From IMG/VR virus record IMGVR_UViG_3300021378_000021, positions 3,005 through 67,004 of that record: a stretch of 64,000 bases of DNA. One strand, written 5' to 3'. The position numbers and the translations under genes were made by a program. Shown in pieces: positions 50,201 through 59,503 of the stretch (position 1 is the stretch's first letter; each line of letters opens with the position of its first letter). Source of the stretch: a virus. The notes beneath the pieces are model-generated. The model searched no databases. It had not been told where the DNA came from and saw nothing but the letters and a program-made list of their open reading frames with translations.

Positions 50201-53200
50201 GAAACAAATTCATTATTAAACTCTTTGTCCTGATATAATCTCAGACTATAATTTATCAGTGAAGAATCTGAAAGGTCGAATACTAAATTATTATTTTTGA
50301 CTGGTTGTAATTGTGGATTAATTAAGGATATTGTTTGTGAAGAACCTCCTGTAGAAGCAAAACTTACAACTGTCGGAGGATTTTGTTGAGAATCTATTAA
50401 AGTTTCGCAGAGATTAATTCTATTTCTATTAACTTTATAAACAAAATATTCATTATATCCACTATCTTCATAAAGAACTTTATCACCAGTTACTAACTCA
50501 TGATCTGTAATTGTGATTTCATTAGTTACTGTATTAATTCCTGTTGAATTAAATCCAATTGGATTGACTACGATATTATCAATTTCTGATTTATAAAGAA
50601 CACGAACTGCTGTTGAAGTTCCAATACCCACTGAAAGATTTGGTTGAACATCTAATGTTACCGTATCTCCATTTTGAAGTTCATGAGATGTTGATACTGA
50701 AACAGTCACTACATTCTTATCCACATCTCCCAATATTTGAGTATAATTGGATTCAAATGAATACTTATCACTATCATCTCCATTATCATGGAAGAATAAT
50801 TCTTCACCTGTAATTGCAGTCTTTAATCCAATAAGACTTGGACTTTTCTTAACAACGAAAAGATTACTTGATATACCTACTGGGACAGATGTTCCATCAG
50901 TAGAAACATTTAAGGTTGTTCCACCATTAGTATTAAATCCAACCGGTTGATTTGTTGTGAAAGGATGATTTTCAATGTAAATTCCTTTTGTAGGAATACT
51001 TCTAGTTGCAGTTGAAATACTGCCAAATGTAAATGATGTGCTGTATCCAACACCACTTATAGTTCCAACACCAACAGATTCTCTAGGATTGAAGAAAGCC
51101 TTATCATTTACTTTTGAATCAAATTTATCTACAGATTTGGAAATTGTAAAAGAATCTGGAGAGAAAGTTACTGCAGTTCCAACAGTATGTGATACACCTG
51201 CCAACCCTCTTTCAATTCTGAGAACGTTTTGATTTTTAAATACTTCAAGAACTTTTAAAGTTTCTGTTCCAATATTAATACTACTACCAATAGATACTTG
51301 TTCTGGAATTGGAGAAACATAAATTTCTGTCGTAAATCCTACAGATGCAGATGTTATAGTAGAAAGACATCTTCCATTTGCATAAGAAGGAACTGTGATT
51401 TGATGTGTTCCATTAAGTACCGATAGATTTGTGGAAAATCCAGATATAGTTACATAATCTAGATTTAAAAGATCATGGTTGGGTAATATTGATACTTTTA
51501 CTCTACTTGTAGATTCCCATGTAAAAATAGAATTTAAATATTCAGTTGAATTTGTATTTAATTCTACGAGACTCTTTCCTTTTACGGAAGCAACACTAAC
51601 ATCTAAACCACTTCCTGAAGTATCAGTATCATCAAATGTTAATTTATCTCCAACTTTGTAATTATTACCAGAATTTTCAATATCTATAGATTTTACAGAG
51701 TCTGATGTTACAGACACTACTTCTATTTTTTGATCTAAAATATCACTAGTTTCATTAATAAAATCATAATCAGCCTTTAATTCTGATACTTTGTAAGGAA
51801 AAGTATTTCTCAATAAATTTGAATTATTGAAATCAAATGATTGATCCAAATCTGAATTGGAAATTAATTTTGATTTATACTTATTACCTATAAAATATGG
51901 AAATTGGTCTATTGTAGCATGATATACATAAACACCATTCGGATACTCTACATTTTTTTCATATCTACCATTATATTCATCCAAGTCTCCAACATTATTA
52001 AATTGATAATCCTCAACAAAAAATCCAGCATCAAATCCAGATGGTCTATCTTCAACATTCGATGTATTTGAGATATACCCAGATTCTAATGATTTTAGTC
52101 CTGATGATGTATCTTCAGGGTTTGTATATCCATAGGGTCCATAAATTGGATTGCCATCATAAGCCCATCCAATTATGTTTGACCTGCTTGTGGGATTTTC
52201 TTTAAAAGAATTTCTCAAATTCTCAAAATACTTTGATACTGAATATTGAAGTTTATCTTTACCTTCTAATAAAACTTCTCCAGTAGTGAATCTTGTAATA
52301 TTATCATTTAAAGTTAATTTTCTTATTTGTGGATCAATAAAGGAATTTTTTCCTGATGAAACAACTTGAATTTTTGTATTTGATGCTGAATACCCAATAC
52401 CAGTATTCAGAACCTTAACTTCTGATATTTCCCCATTATTAATTATTGCTCGCAATTCTGCACCAGTTCCAGAACCAGAAACAATCAATTCCGGAACAGA
52501 ATAATATTCACTTCCAACAAAACTTGTAAAAACATTAATTATTTTTCCATCAATGATAGATGGTGTTAATTGAGCAGATTTACCATTCTTTATAGAGATT
52601 ATTGGTTTTTTCTCTAAGTTTAAAATTGTAGATCCATATCCAGTTCCTGATTCGTAAACATAAGCATCAACAATACTTCCTTTTACTACTGGACTTAATA
52701 CTAAATCTTGATACTCTTGAGTAGTAGTGCCAAATCCTACAGAATTATATTTAATAGAAACTGAAATATTAGGATATTTGAAATATTGATATCCACTTCC
52801 CGTACTATCAAATGTTTTATAATCTCGTCTTTCATAATTAGAAACAACTGTTCCCCCAATTCCGGCATCACATAATCTAAATGAATCGTCGTCAACTTTT
52901 AAAACAAAGTATTGATTTGTAGTTGTAATTCCAGATATCTGCCCAGATTCATAATCATATTCAATAATTTCTCCATCATTAAATCCATGATTTTTAAAGG
53001 TAACGGTATTGTTTGTTGTAGATATTCCTGTAGGTTTTACAATTAACTTTCTATTAGTGTATCCTTCTCCTTTATTAATTACTTTTACATAAGAAACTTG
53101 TCTTGAAGACGAAAGAGTTGAGAACTTATGCGTTCCAACAGAACCTGTATAGATTCCTACGACATTGGTGTCCAATTGCTGATCACTTAAAGTGTTATAT

Positions 53201-55863
53201 AATTTTATTGCTTTGTTGTTAGTAACACCGACATAATATACAGAATTAGTGGGAAGATTAATATTATTTCCTGCCGTTCCAATTGCTATTGGATTATTTC
53301 CTAGAGGATTGTAAATTACTTCTTGACCATTGACGAAATTATGATCTGTTAAAAATAAAATTTGATTAGTTGTCTCACTAACTCCACCACCACTAGAAAA
53401 TTCATCTGCATTAAATAAAACTTCTCTAGGTTTTTCAATTATTACAGGTTTGATTACAGCACCACTACCATTTCCTCCTGAAATATTAATAGAAGTTATC
53501 TCTCCAATATTATAATCTTGCGAATCTACATATACTTTTTCAAAACCTCCACTAATAACAGGTTGAATTTTTGCGGTAATACCAGCACCAGTAGAAACTT
53601 CAACTAATGGAGGATTAATTACATCAAAATCTTCTCCCCCAGAAAGAATATCTACATCTTCAATTGGACCATAATAAATTGCATCTTTAGATTTATAGTT
53701 ACTAATTTCAACACCATTAATTAACATTCCAGTAGTTCCTGGAGTTGTTAAGGTTCCGGAACCATTTTCAATATTTTTTTCTAATGGAAACTTTCTTAAA
53801 AGTTTTTGTATTCCTAGATCAGTTTTTCTTTGAGAATCTAAGGTAAAAGTGTGAGTTCCTATACCAGAATTTGGCACTTGAAATGTTACATTATTGTCAG
53901 AATCTAATAAAGAAGGTGTAGTATATAATTTAAATTGATTTGTAGATGTTACTTTTACATAATAATTACCAGTTTGCAATCCAACTAAAGGTTCATTTTG
54001 CGGAAGATAATATATTTTATCTCCTGTTAAAAATGGAATGGAAGGATTGAACTCAATAAAGTTATAGATATTCTTAATTTCAGAAAATTCTGGAATATTA
54101 AAAGTACTAGCAATACTTACTTTTTTAATACTAGTTTCAATATCAAGACGATAATCTACAATATTATTTTTTTCTTCTGATGGTAATGAATTTGATGCAA
54201 CATATGCATAATCATCCTTATCAACATATAAATTAAGGATATCTGATAATACAGAACTACTCCCAAAATTTGAACCGGAAGATTTTGTTTTATTTAATTT
54301 TCTTCTTACATCATATTCTTTACTGTCTTCTAAAGATGGTTTATTTGCCAATGTCAAAGTATTTGCAGTACTATCGATAGTTGTAATACCAATTATACCA
54401 TTAGAGGGTACTACACTCTCACTACCTCTTTCTAATATTTCAACTTCATCTCCAATTTTTAAACTGGATCTATCAATAGTGGATCCTAACTTAGTAGAAC
54501 CATTATCTACAATTTCATATCTCGCACTTGTATTGTATATAAAAGAATTTGCAAAAATTTCTTTCCAATTTGAATTTGTATTTTTAATCTTATCCCCAAG
54601 ATTTTTAACTGTAATTATATCATTTTCATCTACTTTAAAGTCTTCATTTTCTTCTACTAAATCTTGTATTACTCCGAGTAATATTAATTCAACCTTCTTA
54701 GAAGTATCTCCATCTTCATAAGAAAAATAAGTATCATCAGATCTAATATTTGATGATGTAGTTATAGTATCATTAATACCAGTACATCCAAAAAATTGAT
54801 TAATACTTTTTCCAGTATAAGAAATAGTATTAGTTCCTGAAATTAATGTTCCAGATTGCGGAAAACTTACCGTCGAATCTACTGTTAAAATAGAAGATCC
54901 TACAGATACACTTTCAATTAACTTTGTATTTGGAGTAATTTCAAAATTTCCTTCTACTGATGAGGAATTTTTAGTATTTCCAATATAAAATTCAATTCTA
55001 TGAAATGTTTTTCCCTTTCTTGAAAATGGTTCTATTGCCGATATTGAAGCAGTTGTGTTCTCATCAGTAGTCTTTATGAGAGTTTGTCCGACAATTTTTG
55101 AGGGTTCTCCTGATATTATTTCTGCTATTGCAACTTCTCTTCTTACATAATTTGCAGAAGATGGTTTGATTAAATAATCTTCTAAATTTACAATAGAAGG
55201 AGTTTCTCCAAAAATAACTTTGAAAAGTATTTTTATTGCTTCGTCTGTTCCTTTAGAAGCATAAAAATCTTTTGCTCTTCTGATGAAATTTCCAACGTCA
55301 ATTTCATCTACAAATTTAATATCTTCTAATCCTGGAGTAAAAGTATACTTCAGTTTTTTATAAAAATCTTTTAAGAATAGGGAACTTAAATTTTGAACAG
55401 ATGAACTATTAGAGTGTTCTGCTGCTGTTGATGTGGAAAAAACAAGTTCTCCACGATTTAAATCTTGATGATAATCGGTTACTCCACTAAATCCGCGCAC
55501 ACAACCAGTAAAACTATTCGTAGTAATTCCAGTATATGTAATTACTTCATTATCAATTTTAAGAAGTCCATACTGATTTGGAAATCCTTTTGTGCTAGAA
55601 ACACTAATTGTAGTATCGGAGGATGTAACACTAGCACTAGTTATTGTGCTATCAACAATAACTTCTGGTTTTAAGTTATCTAATTTTAAATACTGATCTA
55701 GATTATCACTAATATCAATAGGACCACCTTGATATTCTTGAGAAATATAATATTGTTTTAAAAATTCTACCGCATTCGGACTTTCTTCCAAGATAAACTC
55801 TGGAAGTTGATGGTCAATTAGATCTTGTACTTTGATTCTAGATTCAAAACCAGTTTGTATCAT
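44275..55863 (-). CDS. gp7: Baseplate wedge initiator (gp7-like, 3862 aa)
   Basis: QLPEFI...FLKQYY, FYASKGT, IIGWAYDGNPIYGPYG, DNDYYQNLSYSVKS...HTSGLKNF; between gp6 and gp8. Confidence 0.85.
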   Translation of the reverse strand: MIQTGFESRIKVQDLIDHQLPEFILEESPNAVEFLKQYYISQEYQGGPIDISDNLDQYLKLDNLKPEVIVDSTITSASVTSSDTTISVSSTKGFPNQYGLLKIDNEVITYTGITTNSFTGCVRGFSGVTDYHQDLNRGELVFSTSTAAEHSNSSSVQNLSSLFLKDFYKKLKYTFTPGLEDIKFVDEIDVGNFIRRAKDFYASKGTDEAIKILFKVIFGETPSIVNLEDYLIKPSSANYVRREVAIAEIISGEPSKIVGQTLIKTTDENTTASISAIEPFSRKGKTFHRIEFYIGNTKNSSSVEGNFEITPNTKLIESVSVGSSILTVDSTVSFPQSGTLISGTNTISYTGKSINQFFGCTGINDTITTSSNIRSDDTYFSYEDGDTSKKVELILLGVIQDLVEENEDFKVDENDIITVKNLGDKIKNTNSNWKEIFANSFIYNTSARYEIVDNGSTKLGSTIDRSSLKIGDEVEILERGSESVVPSNGIIGITTIDSTANTLTLANKPSLEDSKEYDVRRKLNKTKSSGSNFGSSSVLSDILNLYVDKDDYAYVASNSLPSEEKNNIVDYRLDIETSIKKVSIASTFNIPEFSEIKNIYNFIEFNPSIPFLTGDKIYYLPQNEPLVGLQTGNYYVKVTSTNQFKLYTTPSLLDSDNNVTFQVPNSGIGTHTFTLDSQRKTDLGIQKLLRKFPLEKNIENGSGTLTTPGTTGMLINGVEISNYKSKDAIYYGPIEDVDILSGGEDFDVINPPLVEVSTGAGITAKIQPVISGGFEKVYVDSQDYNIGEITSINISGGNGSGAVIKPVIIEKPREVLFNADEFSSGGGVSETTNQILFLTDHNFVNGQEVIYNPLGNNPIAIGTAGNNINLPTNSVYYVGVTNNKAIKLYNTLSDQQLDTNVVGIYTGSVGTHKFSTLSSSRQVSYVKVINKGEGYTNRKLIVKPTGISTTNNTVTFKNHGFNDGEIIEYDYESGQISGITTTNQYFVLKVDDDSFRLCDAGIGGTVVSNYERRDYKTFDSTGSGYQYFKYPNISVSIKYNSVGFGTTTQEYQDLVLSPVVKGSIVDAYVYESGTGYGSTILNLEKKPIISIKNGKSAQLTPSIIDGKIINVFTSFVGSEYYSVPELIVSGSGTGAELRAIINNGEISEVKVLNTGIGYSASNTKIQVVSSGKNSFIDPQIRKLTLNDNITRFTTGEVLLEGKDKLQYSVSKYFENLRNSFKENPTSRSNIIGWAYDGNPIYGPYGYTNPEDTSSGLKSLESGYISNTSNVEDRPSGFDAGFFVEDYQFNNVGDLDEYNGRYEKNVEYPNGVYVYHATIDQFPYFIGNKYKSKLISNSDLDQSFDFNNSNLLRNTFPYKVSELKADYDFINETSDILDQKIEVVSVTSDSVKSIDIENSGNNYKVGDKLTFDDTDTSGSGLDVSVASVKGKSLVELNTNSTEYLNSIFTWESTSRVKVSILPNHDLLNLDYVTISGFSTNLSVLNGTHQITVPSYANGRCLSTITSASVGFTTEIYVSPIPEQVSIGSSINIGTETLKVLEVFKNQNVLRIERGLAGVSHTVGTAVTFSPDSFTISKSVDKFDSKVNDKAFFNPRESVGVGTISGVGYSTSFTFGSISTATRSIPTKGIYIENHPFTTNQPVGFNTNGGTTLNVSTDGTSVPVGISSNLFVVKKSPSLIGLKTAITGEELFFHDNGDDSDKYSFESNYTQILGDVDKNVVTVSVSTSHELQNGDTVTLDVQPNLSVGIGTSTAVRVLYKSEIDNIVVNPIGFNSTGINTVTNEITITDHELVTGDKVLYEDSGYNEYFVYKVNRNRINLCETLIDSQQNPPTVVSFASTGGSSQTISLINPQLQPVKNNNLVFDLSDSSLINYSLRLYQDKEFNNEFVSTGSTNTFSVSGVGTVGVTSTATLTLDYNSQIDELFYTLEKDGVLVKSDTDVNNYSSIKYIDSDYNNSYVISGVAATTFNVNLDKKPEKLSYGSTECDTLDYSTTSTSPSGPVKSLSIISSGTGYKKLPSLKSTNSVSGIDLIANAKSINVGSIKESRVINNRFTYSSDKTLRPKVNVSPNIVTKDSNALSQISIVSGGEGYVSPPFITLVNPTTRNVINSGLIEPKITGSAISSLDIKIQPKGLPDETVEVFATNNNNGVAIEKVGSSNTDFFTCTISTPGIGNTFNTPPFAVGDEVFIEGIVKYSSDGDGFNSSDYGYKFFKVKGYSTAGVNDTVSIGVSEFTTNTGIAKTIQDFSGVIINKNDYPTFKVVQEPSKFFIGETLSSNKIIRDLEVTGSGGDSLKVSGSYELSIGEVVTGNESGTVATIKSLNLNEGTFNVGYSNTKDIGWDTETGKLSEDFQVTPDNDYYQNLSYSVKSSITYKDQQSPVESLVHTSGLKNFADTGISSNTSAGLTTTNDGITIIYDVIDEKRVDTINNFDNVIDVDVVDSKSKFLKLKTKKLTNYTELTNLNVLTVDDLQNQFSNSESEFTEYLLVDELDNRTYFNYLLRVSSEDDTELQLTDITILKNELESVIVENESISGKEFNYGIFDLFTDETEKTFLRFVPNDALNTNYDLKVIKQIFNTDISGVGTQSIGFVNLTGSVDIENTSVGIGTTTIISLDANNFESLYVNAQVTNTVTNDMNYVRLYVSIAGTNTFMSEYYIDSNVLSSSTGNQIGIFTCTDLGSGVLSLIHENTSSDQLKIRTNIVGFGTTSTGIGTYRFKSSDQFDGQERSVIYDSGYYSTVGASSTIIQTLDRSLFNASKSLIQVSIGSTKALHQVMIINEGTDAYTQQLPFLSVSNDDSELDDASGIGTFGGEISGSDLILKFFPDANQTGQIDIEVFSKLFYSEVDVVNEPLDLSYGAVTESIDEKFYDAINLSRINKDSFTLTDNGIPIFSKKFNPNSSALDASTGIFTIQNHFFVTGEELIYTPNSTIVGVGTSAIVTPGGELPSTVYAIKLTENTFKVAITTTAAAAGIGTTFTSFGEGNAHRFTMKEKNSKCILTVDELVQYPIAPTKITHTLSGNVGGSLNNSTSIVSLSGISTINPRDILKVDDEYMGVTNVGLGTTNVGPITNEGSINLVEVKRGFVGSSASTHTDSTLVRIHKGSFNIEDSEIYFTEAPRGNPQIAKTKNNLDSETSSFTGRVFFKSNYDNNKVYDDLSDEFTGIGRTFTLKVGGANTTGIGTEGSSGLVFINNIYQSPKTDNNPTRFNYQILEDSSAGISTVEFSGITRPDEFPLEYFVSDYDTNANEVPRGGIIVSYGSTPGLGFAPLVGASVTAVVGAGGSIVSVGLGTTGHGSGYNGLVSIGISVYESGHSGAAATITANIGVGGTLSFNVVGGGTGYSNPEIFVSDPSYKNLPVIGVSRLGIGATTDTGNGLLVDLKVGGSTGIGSTLFEVTEVKFSRPGYNFRRGDVFKPVGLVTDGSLSSPISDFEITVVDTYSDNFAAWEFGELDYIDSIQNLQDGSRTRFPLNYNSTPLSFEPQENSPIEENINNVLIIFVNGVLQKPVENYIFEGGTSFAFTRAPLPEEEIEIYFYKGVDGTDSTLVDNIIPTIETGDVVQVISNNIYPNTITQDERTVYNITTSDKFETNRYTGLGVDEINYKPLSWTKQKTDKKINGQYVYKSRDVLEPLIFPTARIIKDVSTTDTEIFVDNIELFNYETDNGYTDSSTPLDAVIINGISTESLGSIEKITGFSNIKGFSGIVTGITTASGIGVPLALQFTLIDSNNFTGLSTGYPIYIYDTQIGSGVTSIDDSNSAVVGIGTTFLDNVYYVSSWSNNTGAGTTIGIITCNVDSNSNVVGLGTTGSTLNPVGKYSWGLLEGGTRSTNPISIGVTGNTVSGLTTYPTIQRRGIGIRKTGALPKREV

Positions 55864-55864
55864 A

Positions 55865-57766
55865 TTACTTTCTTACTAAATTTCCGTTTGAATAACTTGA
55901 TGTATAGAAGTCGGCAACAAATCTGGTTCCAGATATCTCATCCCCAGAAGCAATTACATCCCTGACAATATTTATTGTACTTTTAGGAATGTTTAATGAG
56001 ATATACAAGTCTCTTAATCCAACAACATCATTAGATTCTGGGAATGCTTGTATTTCGATTAATCCATTACTCAATGAAGTTGATGTGATATTAACAGTTC
56101 CTAAAATTATTTCTCCTTTTACATAATCCACAGTTCCTGCCGATTTTACAACCACTCTAGTTTCATCAGATACTTGCTTTACAATCGATAAAGTACCGGT
56201 CTTTAAATCTGCATTAGGAATATCTGTAAAATAGACCGTATCAGTTTCTCCCGAAATTTTAAATCCGGTAGATTTTATATTAAATCCTTCAGAATTTACA
56301 TGGAATTGATTTCCATAACACAATTCATATTGTGCAAACTTATTAAGTATAGGTTTTAAATCTCTACGAATAATAATTTTTGTAATATTTGATGTAATTG
56401 CAGTATCAGTATTATCAATAACTTGTTGAAGTTTACTATATCTAACTCTACCTCCAAATTTGTTTAAATCTAAAGATTCTGAATATTTTTGAAGAGAATT
56501 TGTAACAGAGGTTTTTAATGTATCTGCACTCGATACTTGAGAATAATTATAGTAAACAGAACTATTAAGTTCGACATAAAGAATCTTAAGATCTGTTATC
56601 TTTTGATTTATTCCAGATACTGTAAATTGCTTTAACTTTGATAAAATTTGTGTCTTATTGAAATCTGAAACAAATGATCCGTTTTTTGGTTTAATACTAA
56701 TTTGAACTGTACCGAACTCTGGAGGATCCATTTCTTCTCCACCAACTACTGATACAGATTCAGTATCTGGATATATTCTTTTTACAATTGCTTCATAGTC
56801 TCTTGATGTAACAGCTCTGTATTGAGACGAATATAATCTTGGTGCATAATATTTGATTGAATCTATTGGTTCAATATCCCCACCATTGATTGACGATTGA
56901 TTAGTTGTAATCGTAACAGTTCCTGGATCAATAACCGTACCAGTCGCAGTTTCTAGTGTTCCGGAGAATGAAAAACTAGAAGCACCATTACCATCTCTTC
57001 CATCTGTAATAATATAGTTGGCAGTAATTATAGTTCCATCAGAACCAACAGCATCACCAAGTTTTTTACCAATAAGACCATCACCAAATCGTAATTCATA
57101 TTTTTCATCTTGAACTTCATTAATGAAGAAAATTCTAGAGTTTTTATCTACATCAAAAATATTTTCTGAAAGGAAATATTCAATACCAAGTCCATCTTGT
57201 TCTGTTTTTTTAATGTATACCTTAAGTGTCGATGTATCAATAAAAGAATTATTCAGAACAAATCTTTGATCCAAAGAACCATCATATTGAAATTGTTTGG
57301 TTAAAAATATTCCTTGATAAACATTGAGGTTATTAAAAGATGCTGTACCGTCCACAACGTTTGCTGTAACGTCTTCTGGGATGGCAAAGGTGTATGTAGT
57401 ATCATTAGTACTCCCTACACACACTATACCTGCCTTCAGGGTCAATGTAGCAGTATCTGTGCTAGTTGTTACATTAAATGATATTTGTGCCGTTGATGCA
57501 ACTCTGGAACGGGGGACGTATCCAATGTTACCTGCCAGAGAAACTACATTCTCTCGAAGAGTTGCCGAATCCAAAAAGGATTCATTCACAACCATATTCG
57601 AATTGAATGCGGTAATATAAGTATTATATGCTAACGTATCAATTAAAACTGAAAAGTTTGATCCCTCAAAGTCAAAGTCCGTGAATGTAGAGTTAGCACG
57701 GAGATAATCTTTGATAGAAGTTTTTATCTGATCAAAATCTAAATTTGTATATTTTGTAAAAGGCAT
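55865..57766 (-). CDS. gp6: Baseplate wedge subunit
   Basis: LDFDQIK, FTDFDFEGS, ESFLDSATLRENVVS, FGDG, RAVTSRDY. Confidence 0.96.
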   Translation of the reverse strand: MPFTKYTNLDFDQIKTSIKDYLRANSTFTDFDFEGSNFSVLIDTLAYNTYITAFNSNMVVNESFLDSATLRENVVSLAGNIGYVPRSRVASTAQISFNVTTSTDTATLTLKAGIVCVGSTNDTTYTFAIPEDVTANVVDGTASFNNLNVYQGIFLTKQFQYDGSLDQRFVLNNSFIDTSTLKVYIKKTEQDGLGIEYFLSENIFDVDKNSRIFFINEVQDEKYELRFGDGLIGKKLGDAVGSDGTIITANYIITDGRDGNGASSFSFSGTLETATGTVIDPGTVTITTNQSSINGGDIEPIDSIKYYAPRLYSSQYRAVTSRDYEAIVKRIYPDTESVSVVGGEEMDPPEFGTVQISIKPKNGSFVSDFNKTQILSKLKQFTVSGINQKITDLKILYVELNSSVYYNYSQVSSADTLKTSVTNSLQKYSESLDLNKFGGRVRYSKLQQVIDNTDTAITSNITKIIIRRDLKPILNKFAQYELCYGNQFHVNSEGFNIKSTGFKISGETDTVYFTDIPNADLKTGTLSIVKQVSDETRVVVKSAGTVDYVKGEIILGTVNITSTSLSNGLIEIQAFPESNDVVGLRDLYISLNIPKSTINIVRDVIASGDEISGTRFVADFYTSSYSNGNLVRK

Positions 57767-57767
57767 T

Positions 57768-58169
57768 TTATCTGGTTGCCTCTAGGAGGAATGAATATTC
57801 TTGTGTCGGAAACTCTTGACCAATAATATCAAATATAACTGTTACATTAAATGTATTTTCGTCTGCTATTGGATCTACCTGAACGATCAAATTTTCGACT
57901 CTATCTTCAAAATTATTAATTGCAATTTCAATTTGATCCTGAATAACTGATGCAGTACCAAAATCAACGAACTCAAATAGACTTCTTCTTACATCAGAAC
58001 CCAACAAAGAGTTAAAAAATCTCTCTGTTGGGATAGTTTCTACTATATTTCTTACGGAACGACGAATTGCGTTCTCATTTTTTAAAACAGGAAGGTCTTT
58101 TGTCACAGGATGGGGCTCAAAAGATAAACTAATGTCCTTAAAAGCCCGTGATATCCTCTGAATTGCCAT
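57768..58169 (-). CDS. gp25: Baseplate wedge subunit
   Basis: FKDISLSF..HPVTKD, NENAIRRSVRNI, ERFFN..LGS. Confidence 0.93.
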   Translation of the reverse strand: MAIQRISRAFKDISLSFEPHPVTKDLPVLKNENAIRRSVRNIVETIPTERFFNSLLGSDVRRSLFEFVDFGTASVIQDQIEIAINNFEDRVENLIVQVDPIADENTFNVTVIFDIIGQEFPTQEYSFLLEATR

Positions 58170-58191
58170 TGTTAAAGAGTTTTCTTAATTA

Positions 58192-58199
58192 TATTTATA
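58192..58199 (-). promoter_or_regulatory. T4-type late promoter TATAAATA (baseplate operon)
   Basis: Exact motif 22 nt upstream of the gp25 ATG. Confidence 0.85.
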
Positions 58200-58201
58200 C
58201 T

Positions 58202-58378
58202 CTATTCTTGAAGATTCTTCTGCCCTTCCTTTAAATCGTCGTGCATAATCTCTTGAATTACTCTTTCTTCTGGATCATTTGTTTTTTTAGGTAATGACCA
58301 GTAATCTGTGGTCAAACTTGTTGTTCCCCACACTTCTTGCATATAATTTTTGTTTCTATCAACTGGTGAATTGCCCAT
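58202..58378 (-). CDS. Hypothetical protein (58 aa)
   Basis: Hand translation MGNSPVDRNKNYMQEVWG...QKNLQE; AGGAG RBS; absent from the ORF track. Confidence 0.7.
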   Translation of the reverse strand: MGNSPVDRNKNYMQEVWGTTSLTTDYWSLPKKTNDPEERVIQEIMHDDLKEGQKNLQE

Positions 58379-58435
58379 TTTACTCCTATTTTGTTAGAAT
58401 AGAACTTTTTGAGGGGTTTCTATCCCTATTTTTAT

Positions 58436-59152
58436 TTATTTTTCACCCACTTTGGAATTGATACATCGAGGATTACATGGATTTGACCCACAATTGTCGC
58501 ATAATTTACGTTCCTGTGCAGTCTTCCAGAAATATTCGTCTTCACGTCCCATTCCAAGTCTTTCAAATCCATTTTCAACTTGATAATATTGAGTCGAAAC
58601 CTTAAAATCAGGCATTTTTGGTTCCACAGGTGTCAAACTATTGTCAAAAATACGTAATCTATTATTTGGATATAGTGCATACTGCCCATTCTCAAGTTCA
58701 ATCAGATTATGAGACTTGTGTTCGGCAGGGTTCTCACTAGTAGCCCAATCAACATAGTCTGGATCATGATGGTAGTTATCAATAGTACAAATATAAGTGC
58801 CTTTTACATTGCCAAAGTCCCGTGTATAACATTCAAAGTCCATTGAATTAATAAATTTCTTATCCACCGAAACAACCCCATAGTCCATACAATTCCAAAA
58901 CTGAAGGTTTGGTAGGTTCATGTCTGGACTTGGTGTCTCAGGGTTTGCTACAAAGGCACTGATAGGCAATTTATCATACATTGCCGCATATTCTGGTAGA
59001 TAGGTCTCAAAATAAAAAGCACGTCCAGGAATCGATTTAACCGATACCCAAACGCCCTTTACAAATTCACCATGTCCACTCTGATGATCCGTTAGATATT
59101 CCTTACGAACCCATACTTCCTGTGATGGAAGATTTGCAATCAAACATGCCAT
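58436..59152 (-). CDS. Conserved hypothetical protein (238 aa)
   Basis: VWVRKEYL, KLPISAF, LQFWNC, HKSHN, YPNNR motifs; C-terminal CxxC-x3-C-x3-C. Confidence 0.8.
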   Translation of the reverse strand: MACLIANLPSQEVWVRKEYLTDHQSGHGEFVKGVWVSVKSIPGRAFYFETYLPEYAAMYDKLPISAFVANPETPSPDMNLPNLQFWNCMDYGVVSVDKKFINSMDFECYTRDFGNVKGTYICTIDNYHHDPDYVDWATSENPAEHKSHNLIELENGQYALYPNNRLRIFDNSLTPVEPKMPDFKVSTQYYQVENGFERLGMGREDEYFWKTAQERKLCDNCGSNPCNPRCINSKVGEK

Positions 59153-59180
59153 ATGGTGACAATAAAACTACACCTATATA

Positions 59181-59333
59181 TCAACCTCGTCCTTGTCCAC
59201 GATACATTTTCTTCTTCCCGTTACGAGAAGTCGCGGCATACTTCGTGTGCTTCCCACTCCCTTGACGAGTTTTCTTCGGCTTTCCTTCTATAAAACCATT
59301 ACCACTTAATCCAACCTTTGAACGTACTGCCAT
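59181..59333 (-). CDS. Small very basic protein (50 aa)
   Basis: Hand translation MAVRSKVGLSGNGFIEGKPKKTRQGSGKHTKYAATSRNGKKKMYRGQGRG; AGGAG RBS. Confidence 0.75.
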   Translation of the reverse strand: MAVRSKVGLSGNGFIEGKPKKTRQGSGKHTKYAATSRNGKKKMYRGQGRG

Positions 59334-59341
59334 AATAACTC

Positions 59342-59503
59342 CTAAATTTTAAAAATCTTTGTTTCTAAATCTTGTGGTCTTGGAAAACCTTTCTGATAAT
59401 ACTCTATCGAAAGGTCTTCTATCTTATCAAAATACTCCTCCTCCGTCAAGTTCTTATACAGTACTTTCCCTTTATGGAGAATTGTATATTCTGTCAGCTC
59501 CAT
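59342..59503 (-). CDS. Hypothetical protein (53 aa)
   Basis: Hand translation MELTEYTILHKGKVLYKNLTEEEYFDK...; TGATG-coupled to the upstream ORF. Confidence 0.7.
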   Translation of the reverse strand: MELTEYTILHKGKVLYKNLTEEEYFDKIEDLSIEYYQKGFPRPQDLETKIFKI

